NCBI RefSeq assembly: GCF_004010195.1
Contig: NC_057711.1
Coordinates: 79,625,570-79,689,569 of the forward strand
DNA: 64,000 nt
Direction: 5' to 3'
Origin: Chiloscyllium plagiosum
Lineage: Eukaryota
The notes under the pieces were generated by a model. It saw only the letters and a program-made list of their open reading frames with translations. It searched no databases and was not told the origin of the DNA. Positions 52,168 to 64,000 of this stretch are shown here, piece by piece. A program made the translations under genes and the position numbers. Position 1 is the first letter of the stretch. Every line of letters begins with the position of its first letter.

Positions 52168-52505
52168 GGGGGAGGCAATAGCCTAGTGGTATTATTGCTA
52201 GACTGTTAATCCAGAGACCCAGGTAATGATCTGGGGACCTGGGTTTGAATCCCACCATGGCAGATGGTGAAATTTGAATTCAATAAAAAAAGTCTGGAAT
52301 TCAGAGTCTAATGATGATCATGGATCCAATGTTGATTGTCGGAAAAACCCATCTGGTTCCTAATGTCCTTTAGGGAAGGAAATTGCCTTCCTTACCTGGT
52401 CTGACCCACAGCAATGTGGTCAATGTTTAATTGCCCTATGGGCAATTAGGGATAGGCAATAAATGCTGCCTAGCCAGTGATGCCTTAATCCCGTGAATGA
52501 TTAAA
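52168..52505 (+). mobile_element. DeuSINE (SacSINE1-like), near full length
   Basis: tRNA-like head (gcctagtggt...gggtttgaatccc), Deu-like centre (aatgtcctttagggaaggaaa), L2-like tail (caataaatgctg...gtgaatga). Confidence 0.85.
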
Positions 52506-52854
52506 TATATAAAAGTATATATATTTAATGCAGTTCATGGTCTTAGAATGTTGAGAAATGCCTTCCAGTCTACTAAATGTCTTTGATGTTTTGTTATTGC
52601 TGTTGCACTGGAAACATAATAGCAAACATGGATATAGCAAGATCCCACAACAGCTATATAATACCGAACAAAATAAAACTGTTTAAGTAATGTTGGCTTA
52701 CGGATAAATGTTAGTCAACCAGAAGAGATTTCCTTTCTTTGAAATAGACTGTCCCTTTATCAGAAGCAAGGATGACCTATCCATAATGACAGAAGTTCAG
52801 GCCTTACCAAGGAATATGAGGTGTTGCTGAGTTAGAGACTGTTAGCAAAAATAA

Positions 52855-53120
52855 AATTCAGTGAGATTGAATGAAAAGACTGAATCCAAGAGCAACTGAG
52901 TAAAAAATGGTGAAGGAGTGGGTGATCCACAGAGGAGAATGAGAGAGGTTGACTGAATGAGTAAGCAACTGATAGGCCAGTAAATGTGCAAGAGTGAATG
53001 ACTGAGTTTGATTGAATAAAAAGGCTGAGTAAGAGTGTGTAATGAGTGAGATAGTGATTGAGACAGTGGGTGAATGGAAGAATGCAAAATTAGTTTGAAT
53101 GATGAATGTGAGAGATTCAT
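52855..53120. repeat. Degenerate (GAGT/GAAT)n simple repeat
   Basis: Recurrent tgagt/tgaat units. Confidence 0.65.
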
Positions 53121-53479
53121 GTAGTATATAACATACATACAGCTACATGTCTATCTATGATTTGTAATATGGTTGAAGCTAACTGTAGCCAGTCAAATTA
53201 TTGCATAAATTGATTTCTTAGTATGTGGGAATATGTATTACTATGGCTCAACCAATATTACATAATACAACCAACATAAATACTATTGAAATGCTTTCTT
53301 TAAATAGACTGTTGTTCAAATTGCACTGTTAAGTAAGGTTTTGGGTTTAACGTCTGTGCAAGGATTTAATTATATAATCTATGTGAACATTTGTGCAATG
53401 TTGAAGAGCTATTGTCTACTATATTACCACATTTCAATGGAACACTAAACTTAGATCCCTATCTGACTGGTCAGATGAA

Positions 53480-55095
53480 AGTGAACAATTTTTCCAAACT
53501 ATTCAGGACACTCAGTGTTCCTGTGTCCCCTCTGGACCTGATTTCTCTCATTCACCCCACCTCCACTAAAAACTGTATCACTTATCTCACCACCTTGTAC
53601 ATGAGTTACCCTACTCTCTTCTGGCATTCCCCCCTCTACCCCAGGTGGCACCCTACACAACTGGTACCCTACCTACATTGCATCCTTGCCTCTACTCATT
53701 TGGCATCCTACACCTGACACCCTACCCTCTCCTCAACTGGAACACAACCCAACTTATGCCATATTCACTTGGCACACTAGTCCCTTACTAATCTGGCACC
53801 CTAACATCACATTTACCTTTTGGGGGGTGGGGGTGGGGGTACTTATGGCTTCACAGCAGCTTTCAAAATGGCTGTCAGGACATTTAAATTTCAGAATACA
53901 GAGCTGACTGCTGTGGGGGTGGGGTGGGGGTGGGGTTCGCACTCATGGTTCGACTTCCCCTGACAATTCAGCGCTATGAAAAATCTATCAGAATCTGCAA
54001 TTCTGAGGGAGCCCTGTGCAAATCTCCAATAAAATAAAGTGAAGCTCCTTTCTTTTATAGAAATGAGTGTTGGACTGGCGACCTGTGTAAGATTGTACAG
54101 TCACCAGTCAATAAGCTGAACATTTCTCATCTGGCTCATCATGTCCATTTGGCTCACTCAATGGGCCATGGTCAGTCAATCAGCTCTGCCCGGTGAGATT
54201 ATGGGGGAAGGGGGTTGGGGAAAGAGGGTAGCAAGAGCACCCGTTGCAATGGGAAGGAGAATCACATTGACAATTGGGTGGGGACCTGGCAAGTTACAAT
54301 GCCAAAGGGATTTATGGGAAGTAACAGCTGATAGGGGATGTAGATGTTTGGGGTCACACCAACACTTTGAGACAGACTCTGCAATTCAACAGCTAAGAAA
54401 TGCTCATTGTCACCTTCCATTGTGCTAGAAATCATAAAGGTACAATGCGGAAGAAAGTGGGTGTGACCACACTCGGAGTGGATAGGGTAAGTGACTCAAC
54501 CTGTCAGGGATGGATGTGTTGCAGGACTCACGAATGCTAGGGCTTTTAAGGGGAATGTCCATTACAGACAGAGTCATGCACTTTGCAGGACAGAGACCTT
54601 TGGAACATTGATGGTTGATGTAACTGAGAAGACCATTGGCAGTGTTGGCCATTCCTCCGGATTTGGAGATGAGACTGACCTCAGACCAGGCTGAGAGGAT
54701 CTGGTGGCATGGCCTCCTCTGTGAGTCCTTGAAAGATGACAGGCCTCCTCCTGTCGACCAAGACCTTCTGGACCCAGTTGGAGAATTGTGGTGCCATTTA
54801 TTCTTTCTCCAATACGTTCAAATTTGTCTGTGGCTAGGCACTGCAGATCTGGGTGCCCAATGGCCTTTCAAATATGGCACGATGCCAGTCTTTCTGCATT
54901 GAGGGATGAGTAGCTCTGGTAATGGCGCATGGTAAGATGAGGTCAGATTCAGATGTGACAGATGCCATATAGGCAAGGTAGATAGTGTGGTGAGTTTGAT
55001 GAGATATGGTAAGTAATCTCGACAGGCCTCATAGTGGCAATCCCTCCAAATAGCTCAAAGGTACTTAGAGCCAGAAAAAATGTAATATTCAGCTC
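53480..55095 (-). mobile_element. Decayed Harbinger-type element with Myb/SANT-like remnant
   Basis: Minus strand of 54610-54790 reads (frameshifted) QFSNWVQKVLVD/RRR..IF/QRRPCHQILSAWSEVS/RRNGQHC, like Harbinger Myb/SANT proteins; C-rich ggcaccc repeats at 53540-53810. Boundaries uncertain. Confidence 0.55.
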
Positions 55096-55229
55096 TGTGT
55101 AATAAATCAACTCTGTTTCTCAAGTTTAAGCTAATCTTCTGCTCATCCAATTTGTTCTAGTCCATGTAGTTAAAAGTAATGTGTACCTATTCTTATATAT
55201 GTCCTGAGGTCTTAAATAGGAATTTCATG

Positions 55230-57742
55230 TCCTCATGGCCTGGCATATCCACCATTCAACCATTAGCATCAAGCCAGAGGATCGAAGTCTGGTTCAATGG
55301 AGAGTGCAGGAGGGTATGCCAGGAGCAGCACCAGGCATACCTGAAGATGCAGTGTCGATCTGGTGAAGCCACTAAATAGGACTACTTACATGCCAAACAG
55401 CATAAGCAGCCAGTGAAAGACAGCTAAATGATCCCACAACCAACTGATCAGTCTGTACTGTTATGGACTAAGCCAGACCACTCAAAACATTCTTAAGCAG
55501 GCAGCTCAGACCATAACTTTGCAATTTGTTTTGGTAAGTGTACAGTGAAAATAACTTGGATTAAGTTAGCTAGGGTGACTACTAGATTTTAAAACAGACA
55601 AAACTTTATTCACAAAATTACACAATGAAACACAAAGAACTGAATAAAGAACCCCTACAGAACTCCACCTATCCAACTAGACTTAATTATGCTGTTCCGA
55701 ATATACACAACAGTCCCAAAAAGCAAACTCCCTTTAAAAACCAATATAAATGGAACACATGCTTACAGGTTGAAGTTGATGGGCAGAAAAGAAAGAGAGA
55801 GTTTCTACACAGCTCCCTGTTGAACTTCCAACCAGCTCCAGAGTGAATTAAACTGCTCAGCTCAGCTAGAGAGCTGATCACTCCCCTTTCATTATACAGG
55901 TCACTCCTAAAACATGACCACTTTGGCCTGAAGTCTCATCTGTTTACATATAAACAAAAGACCTCTCAAAATCCTTTTCATCTCTGAACAAAACCAGACT
56001 GATCAGAGTCTACACGGTTTATTACTTCTCTGAAATGAATTGAGGACTGAGTCTCCTTGAGCCAAGGAACAGCTTTTAGAAAAGAAAATGGTCTAGCTAG
56101 GTGCTGTCGCATTCAGTCATGAATAACGGTGGATGATTATGCAACTCACTGGAGGAGGAAGAGACTCCACAAATATCCCCATCCTCAATGATGGACGAGC
56201 CCAACAGATCAGTGCCAAAGATAAGGCTGAAGCTTTCACAGCAATTGTCAGCCAGAAGTGCTGAATGGATAATCCATCTTGGCCTCCTCTTGTGGTCTCC
56301 AGCATCACAGATACTAGTCTTCAGCCAATTTGATTCTCTCCACATCATTTCAGTAAACGATTGGATACTACAAAGGCCATGGGTCCTGACAATTTTCCAG
56401 CAATAGTACTGAAGACCTATGCTCCAGAACTTGCTGCTGCCCTAGCCAAACTGTTTCAGTACAGTAACAACACTGGTATCTACCTGACAATGTGGAAAAT
56501 AGTGCAGGTATGTCCAGTACATAATAAAAAAAGCAGGACAAATCCAACATTGCCAATTAATGCCCTATCAGTGTACTCTTGATCATCAGGAAAGTGATGG
56601 AAATTGTCATTAAAAGTGCTATCAAGCAGCACCTGCTCAGCAATAACCTGCTCAGTGATGTCCAGTTTGGCATCTGCCAAGGCCACTCAGCTCTTGACCT
56701 CATTACAGCCTTGGCTCAAACAAGGACAAAAGAGCTAAATTCCAGAGGGGAGGTGGGAGTGACATCAAGGCTGCATTCAACCGAGGGTGGCATCAAGGAG
56801 CCCTAGCAAAACTGGAATCAATGGGAATGAGGGGGCAAACTCTTTGATGGTTGGGGTCGTATGTGACACGTAGGATGATGATCATGGTTGTTGGAGGTCA
56901 GTCATCTCAGCTCCAGGACATCTCATCAGGAATTTCTCAGGGTAGCGTCCTCGGCCCAACCATTTTCATTGGCTTCATCAATAACCTTCTGTCCATCATA
57001 TGGTCAGAAGCAAAGATATTTGCTGATGATTGCCCAATGTTCAGCACCATTTGTGACACCTCAGACACTGAAGCAGTCCATGTCCAAATGCAACAAGATC
57101 AGCACAATATCCAGGCTTGGGCTGACAAGTGGCGAGTAATAGTCACACCACACAAATGCCAGGCTATGATCATTACCGATAAGAGACAATGTAACCACCA
57201 TCCCTTGACATTCAATGGTGTTGCCATCTCTGAATCCTGCACTATCAGCATCCAGGGGGTTATCATTGACCAGAAATGTAACTGGACTCACTGCATAAAT
57301 ACAGTGGCTACAACAGCAGGTCAGAGTCTACGAATACCGTGGTGAGAAATTCACCACGTAGCTCACCTCGTAGCTCCCCAAAGCCATTATCTACAAGGCA
57401 AAAGTCAGGAGTGTGATGGAATACTCCCCACTTGCCTGGTTGAGTGCAGCCCTAAAACATTCAAGAAGCTTGACACCATCCAGGACAAAGCAGCTTGCTT
57501 GATTGGCACTACGTCCACAAGCATTGCAGTAGCAGCAGTGTGTACTAGCTACAAGCTGTGCTGCAGAAATTCACCAAAGATCCTGGAATTCACTCCCTAA
57601 AGACATTGTGGGTCAACCCTCAGTAGGTGGACTGCAGCAGTTCAAGAAGGCAGCTCACCATCATCTTCTTTCGGGCAAGTAGGGACGGTCAATAAATGCT
57701 GGACAGCCAGCGATGCTCACATCCCACTAATGAATAAATTAA
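55230..57742 (+). mobile_element. L2-like (jockey-group RT) LINE, ~1.9 kb plus nested LTR
   Basis: KAMGPDNFPAIVLKTYAPELAAALAKLFQ, GISQGSVLGP, IFADD motifs with frameshifts; tail ends aatgaataaa. Confidence 0.9.
55459..56095 (-). mobile_element. Solo LTR, same family as 33060-34140, inserted in the L2-like LINE
   Basis: Starts TGTTATGGAC, the reverse complement of 34131-34140, and is colinear throughout; far end decayed. Confidence 0.85.
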
Positions 57743-58699
57743 GAAAATGTAACTCAGATATACTGTAACTGGCTACTAACTACCATGTAATAGACCCTTT
57801 CTGTTTAATAACATCAAGCCATCTTCTACAAGTGTCCTTCTTTACTTGATATCAATAGATTTTACTAATAGGATTAAAAAGATTAATGACAGAGAATTTA
57901 CCCAAGCATTTTACATGGCTCTAACAGACCTGACCACGACATGTACCATGTGATAATGGTGTACTTTCATTAACTGTACTACACTTGCCTAGAAAACCAG
58001 TGACTGAACCTCAAAAGCAATTCACCAGTTATGAAAGCCTTTGAGAATTTTTGAAGAAATAATAAGTCACAAAAGCTCATTCTTCCTTACCTAACTATAA
58101 TAAAGGCAGTGTAAAATTTACTATAAGAAATTTCCTTCCAAGTTACTCACAATCATGAAACAAAACCATTTTTGCTTGTGGTTTTATTTTATAATTTCAT
58201 GGGTAGCTTTTCTTTCAAAAAAGAAATTCTGGATATTTACCACATAATTTTTAAAGACATTATTTATGACAAAAAGAGGGTCTGCAAATTCTCTTGCCAG
58301 CAGACTATGCATAAAAATGTTAGTTCAGAGTTGTAAAAAACAACTACAAAGAGAACTTTAGTGTAATTTTTGTCAATTCTTTGTCGTGCAAGGAACAAAT
58401 CGTTATTTGGTATTGTTTGATCACCATACAATTATATGGGAGTACGCCAATGCAGAGAAAAGAGCAGGATCCATATAAATCAGATGGGAGGAGCTTCAGA
58501 TTCTCTTCAAACTACTCACATCCATCGAGAAGCATCAGGATATCTTGGATAATATGGAACAACTCCCCAATAAACAGACATTTGACTGAACTTTACAAAA
58601 GGGAATCAGCAGGTTCATCCATCCCATTTGTTAATAACAATTAACACGATTAATTAATTAAAGATTGTGGCCTGATTTTGCTTTGTAATATGGAATCCA

Positions 58700-58860
58700 A
58701 TTTTAAATATTTCTGCATGCATTAATGGGTACATGAAAGGAAAGGATGAGAGAGACATGGGCCAAATTCCAGCAAATGTAACTAGATCAGTTTAGATCAG
58801 TCAGCGCAAATGAGTTGAACCAAAGGATCTGCTTCCAGGCTGTATAACTCTCTGATTCTA
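58700..58860 (+). mobile_element. HER1/CR1 3' tail fragment
   Basis: gacatgggccaaa...ccaaaggatctgcttccaggctgtataactctctgattct. Confidence 0.7.
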
Positions 58861-59261
58861 AGTAGAGAATGATAAGATTGAAATAAGTCATTAGATTAGT
58901 ACATCAGTGTGAAACGTATATACATCAGTATATTATTGTGTGGTTCCTAAACCAATGTGCTGGTGTTACTTTTGAGATAAAGTATATGATGTTATTTTTT
59001 TCCAAATTACAGTCTCCAGAGCCATATTCTGACAGATAACACCTGTATGCTCTTCCTGTCCTCATAAGCTAAGATCTACAAAGATGGACTTCAGCCTTGT
59101 ATTAGCATCTGTTTACTGATCTGGCATTAGTTTTCCTGCTTCAGACGGAGGTTCGCATCCCAAAGCCACTTTTTGCTGCTTTCCCTGGAACTGACTTGCT
59201 TTCAGCCCCAACTGTCATCTTCCATCTTCCCTTCTCCTTTCCCAGTCATTGCTGTCCAATT

Positions 59262-59965
59262 GTTCCAAACTAAGGAACTCATTATTAACTTTCGGCAGGA
59301 TGTTACTCATGCCCCCCTACACATTAACAGCACAGAGGTGGATCAAGTGGATAGTGTCAAGCTCCTTAGAGTGGTCATCCACAACAAGCTATTTTGAACT
59401 CTTCATGTGGATGCACTGGTTACAGAGGCACAACAAAGGAAGCTGAGGAAATTTGGCATGATGGCGAATACCCTTGCCAACATTTATAGGCGTGCCATCA
59501 GGAGCATTCTGTCTGGATATATCACTATCTGGTATGGCAACTGGACCATTCAAGATGGGAGACGGTTACAGAGATTGGTGAACTTGGCCTGGACAATCAC
59601 AAAGGCCAACCTCCCATCTACAGAATCTATCTACCAGGCCCGCTGTCAAGGAAAGGCCACCAGCATTCTCAAAGATCCATCCCACCCTGGCAATGTTTTT
59701 CTACAAACTCTACCATCGGGGAGAAGGTACAGAAGCCTGAACACATGCACCAGCTAGTTTTGATGAAGTTTCTACCCTACTGTTGTTAGAATACTGAATG
59801 GACTCACAAACTTTTAATGTTTGCCTGTACCTGTGTTTTTGTTTTTGCCGCAATTTACCTATTATTTACTTATCTATGTGATCTGCCTGTATTGCTCGCA
59901 AGACAAAGCTTTTCACTGTGCCTTGGTACACGTGACAATAAATTCAATTTAATTCAAATTTCAAA
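59262..59965 (+). mobile_element. Rex1/Babar LINE 3' portion
   Basis: TKELIINFR..HAPLHINSTEVDQVDSVKLL, AQQRKLRKFGM..LANIYRRAIRSILSGYITIWYGN, ILKDPSHPG..F..LPSGRRYRS; gtgacaataaa(ttcaa)n tail. Confidence 0.88.
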
Positions 59966-60299
59966 ATTTCATATCCATTGGCTGGGGCACTTGAAGTGTG
60001 ACAAAGGAAAAATCTTTTCGCCCAAACAATAACATCAACATATATTTGTATAGTAGTTTTAACATTGTATGTGTGTTGGACGCTGAGTGGTTGATATATT
60101 AAAGCACCTGACCAAGTGACCTTGTCAGTGAGGCGGACAAAGGAAACCAGAATTTATTTTGCAGTTCAACTCGATTTTATTAACACAATAGTCTTTATTA
60201 AAAACATGATGTGAGCATTTCCAACTTCCCACAATATTTATTGTCTATCTATATGAAAAATATATTACCTGTATGAAAAAATATATTACCCCTTACCAT

Positions 60300-60760
60300 C
60301 CATGTGTTTGAGCTGACCTTGAGCATCTCTGACATAGGGCTGGCTCTCTTCCACGAAGGTGGGTTATGCAGATCTTCTCCTAGGTTTTCTTGTGTTGCTG
60401 CACTATCTTCTGCTTACAGTCTTGCTGTGAGTTTTCCCTCCAAGTCTTTGCTGAAGGGTAGCTTTCATGTGTATATTTTAATGCCCCTTGCTCTGATCTT
60501 CCAGACATTTCTGTAGTCTTTGGCCAATGGGGTCATCAGCTGTGTTCAAATCATCCAATGGGGCCATGTTAACACCCTTCACTGTTGCCATGCTGGAAGG
60601 TATAAAGTGGATATCCTCTGACAGTCAAGGTGCCAGAGAGTCTGATCAATACGTCTCCAATGCACAACTCTGGGGCTGGTTGCAACTGGTTCCCCTTGAA
60701 TCTTTGTAAACCCTGGGATCTCAGTTGCCACTGTTCTCTGTAGCCATTAGTTGCTGGTTG
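60300..60760 (-). mobile_element. Possible very decayed Gypsy pol (integrase zinc-finger region) remnant
   Basis: Minus strand reads ELCIGDVLIR...QHGNSEG(C)...PIGQRLQKC, loosely like EL....GVLLRG...LH.GH.G..KC...WPGI...C. Confidence 0.3.
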
Positions 60761-60937
60761 ATGTTTAACTTTGTTTGTTTGACCAATTTTATGTCAGGTC
60801 AGGTCTGATTTCTCCAGCCGTGGATCAATTTAGAATGTCAAATTTTGCACCTATGGTCATTTGACCAAATTAATGTAATAAAACATTTCACAGACACAGT
60901 CAAAAGAAATTACACCAGGCAACACAGGGAGATATTA

Positions 60938-61600
60938 GGCTAGATTTTACTGGGCACCATGTTTCATGTCCTCTGGCTAAGTAGTCAGAGGGGAACCCAC
61001 CAAGCTCATGATGGCTGTCCACAGCAGTTTAAAATAGGGGAATTAACATTAATTGCATGAGGTGAGACTTTCATTGCCTTCCGAGGAGGAAGTCCTTCTT
61101 ATAAAGCTGCTGACCAATCAAATGGCAAAAAGCTTTGTTCCAGCAATAGCTCCAGGAGCTGAGATCCTCAGGCAAGACTTGGGCAAAATGTTTCAGCAAA
61201 GAGAGTGAGAGAAATGGGTCTTATGATCAAAGCAAATCAGGATGGAGATTAAAAGGATAACCTTTGCAGGGAGGGCTACCTCTGGTGGGTCTAGGAGGCC
61301 ACAATAAAAATCCCCATGCCTCATTATTGCCTGACACGAAGCAGCTCCTATAACTAAAGTTGTCAGACTCCTCACATTTCATGGCATTCCTTCCACGGTC
61401 AATATAATACAGACAGGGAGATGAAGCCTCAAGTGTTTATTAATTGGTAAATTAAAATAATAAAGCACTCCTTCTAATCTTTAAAAAAAATCATGTTTTC
61501 TTGTAATGCACTAATTGCCTAAATAAAATTGCCTAGCTACAACTTTCATTGTTCAGCCATATCCTCCTGGGTTAGCAACAACTTGGTGCACAAAGGATCT
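60938..61600. mobile_element. Probable non-autonomous Harbinger-type element
   Basis: Begins TTA|GGCTAGATTTT, similar to the reverse complement of the 14076-14087 terminus; other end not found. Confidence 0.35.
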
Positions 61601-61624
61601 ACTGGTCCCATCTGGAGAAAAAGG

Positions 61625-62280
61625 ACATCAAAGAACAAAACATATTACAGCACAGGAACAGGCCCTTCGACCCTCCAAACCTGCGCCAATCTATATCCTC
61701 TATTTAAATATGCCGCCTCTTTCCTAAGGATCTGTGTCCCCTTGCTCCTTGCCCATTCATGTATCTGTCTTGATACATCTTAAATGATGCTATTGTCCCC
61801 GCCCCTACCACTTCTACTGGTAACATTTTCCCAGACATCCACCACCCTGTGTGAAGAACTTTCCATGTATATCTCTCCTAAACCTTTCCTCTCTCACTCT
61901 CACTCATAATCCCTAGTAATTGAGTCCTCCACTCTGGGAAAAATTTCTTGCTATAAACCCTGTCTACGCCTCTCATGATTTTGTAGGACTCAATCAGGTC
62001 CCCCATCAACCTGCTTCTTTCCAATGAAAATAATCCTAATCTATACAACCTCTCCTCATAGCTTGCACCCTCCACACCAGGCAACATCCTGGCAAAACTC
62101 CTCTGTACCCTCTCCAAAGCATCCACATCCTTTTGGCAATGTGGTGACCAGAACTGTATGCAGTATTCCAAATTGGCCGAACCAAAGTCTTACACAACTG
62201 TAACATGACCTGCTAACTCTTGTACTCAATACCCCATCCAATGAAGGAAAGCATGCCATTTGCCTTCTTGACCACCGAGT
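61625..62280 (-). mobile_element. CR1-clade LINE 3' fragment
   Basis: EYCIQFWSPHCQKDVDALERVQRSFARMLPG...YEERLYRLGLFSLERSRLMGDLIE. Confidence 0.92.
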
Positions 62281-62899
62281 ATGCCGTATGCCTTCATGAC
62301 CGCTTGACATTATATGAATGTTGGGAATAAAACAAAGCTAGAAAGTACTGTAAAAATATAACCAAATAATTAATTTTGGTGAAGAGGAATATCAGTACGC
62401 AAACAAAATAGTTAGGCTAAAAATTTGAGGAATGCTTCCCAATTCCAGACAGTGGGTATTTAAGCCCAGCATATAGATGAATATCATGTGTCTGACAAAA
62501 GCTAAATATCTCTAGGGTGGCAGTTGTGGAGATGTTTTGTACTGTTTCACTTTGAAATTATATATCGGGTGAAATAAGTTTTGCTTACATTAATTAGGAA
62601 CATGATCAATGATGTACTTTATTTATGTGGCAGTTGCTTCTGCTTTGTGTTTCTGTGATATCATATACATGCCACCAAATTTAGCCTTCAGTTGCATGGT
62701 GTTCTCAAGAGATGTTTGCTAGTGCTATCCAACGGTAGAAGCCAGTCGACATATATCCAACAATCATTGGCAACTTACAGTGATGGTATAAATCACATTT
62801 TGTTCTTTTTATTGGTCATTTGGGAATCACAGTCTGTGCTAACAGCCAATCAGAAACATTTAGTTCCAATATACCGAGGAGTTGGTATTCCTTATAAAT

Positions 62900-63835
62900 A
62901 TAAGAACACAAGAACTAGGAACAGGAGTGGGCCTCAAGCCCATTTGATACAATCATGGCTCATTTCATCTTGACCTCAATTCGATTTTCTTGTCCACTCT
63001 CCATGACCCTTCAACCCATTGTTAATTAAAAATTTGTCTGTCTGCTCCTTAAATTTACTCAATGTCCTGTCATCTGCTACACTCTGGGGCAGTGAATTCC
63101 ACAGATTCATGATTCTTTGAGAGATGTAGTTTCTCTTCATCTCAGTTTTTAAATCTGTTATCCTTTATCCTAAGACTATGATCTCTGATTTTAGATTGCC
63201 CCACATGAGAAAACATTGTTTTCATGTCTACTTTGTTAATTCTCTTTAGCATCTTATATACTTTGATTGGATAAAGTGGGCAGCACGGAGGCACAATGGT
63301 TAGCACTGCTGCCTCACAGCGCCAAAGACCCAGGTTCAATTCCCACCTCAGGCGTCTGACTGTGGGGAGTTTGCACATTCTCCCCGTGTCTGCGTGGGTT
63401 TCCTCCGGGTGCTCCGGTTTCCTCCCACATCATCAAAAATGTGCAGTTTAGATGAATTAGCCATGCTAAATTGCCCGTAGTGTTAGGTGTAGGATAATGG
63501 GTCTGGGTGGGTTGCACTTCGGCGGGTCGATGTGGACTTGTTGGGCCAAAGGACCTGTTTCCACACTGTAAGTAATCTTATCTAAATATCCTCTCATTCT
63601 TCTAAACTCTAGAAGAGTATAGGCCTAAACTACTCAATCTCTCTTCAAAAGATAAAACCCTCATCTCTAGAATCAATCTCATGAATTTCCTCTGAACTGC
63701 TACCAATACAACTGCATCTCTCCTCAGATAAAAGGGAGCAAGATCGTTCCCATGACTCCAGATGCAATCTCAATAATGCCTTGTACAGTTGGGGCAACTC
63801 TTCCCTCCTTTGGTACCCTATTCCTTTCATAATTC
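62900..63835 (-). mobile_element. CR1-clade LINE 3' fragment hosting a SINE
   Basis: cataagaac-type tail at 62900; QLYKALLRLHLE motif in minus ORF 63645-63842. Confidence 0.85.
63278..63585 (+). mobile_element. HE1-like V-SINE
   Basis: Closely similar to 29676-29999. Confidence 0.93.
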
Positions 63836-63837
63836 CT

Positions 63838-64000
63838 TTCATCGCCAGACCCTGGCCACGTGATGCCTGGAGGAAGAGTGCCTCATGTTCCGCCTAGGAA
63901 CCCTCCAGCCACACGGGATGAATGTAGATTTCTCCAGCTTCCTCAATTACCCTCCCCCCACGTTATCTCAGTCCAAACCCTCGGATTCAGCACCACCCTC
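63838..64000 (+). mobile_element. PLE fragment (GIY-YIG C-terminus), runs off the window
   Basis: CLEEECLMFRLGTLQPHGMNVDFSSF, homologous to 4600-4750. Confidence 0.8.

Noticed and set aside
53820..53936. G-rich tracts as functional G-quadruplexes
   Set aside because: They lie in low-complexity TE interior with no supporting context.
60252..60290. Short tandem duplications (also near 2670, 4487, 58790 and 63820)
   Set aside because: Ordinary slippage products with no further structure.

Overview
Vertebrate genomic DNA, most likely a shark (inferred from HE1/V-SINE, SacSINE1-like DeuSINE, HER1/CR1 and Penelope-type repeats). The only intact coding sequence is the last three coding exons of a Groucho/TLE corepressor with TLE4-type residues (+ strand: 731-881, 3470-3546, 6856-6963), followed by its 3' UTR. 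The remaining ~57 kb has no recognisable host gene. It holds CR1, L2-like and Rex1/Babar LINE fossils, SINEs, Tigger-like MITEs, solo LTRs, Harbinger remnants and Penelope-like element (PLE) fragments. The most notable signals are (i) short fold-back PLE-derived insertions carrying minimal hammerhead ribozyme motifs, one with an intact core at 33817-33844, nested in a solo LTR whose empty-site homolog is also in the window; (ii) an AG|GTAAGT recursive-splice-like motif at a TLE4 exon; (iii) a repeat-free 3'UTR-like block 9-11 kb past the stop codon; (iv) a near-perfect 36-bp-arm palindrome; (v) two microhomology-bounded local duplications. All assignments were made by eye without database searches, and repeat boundaries are approximate unless a TSD is given.
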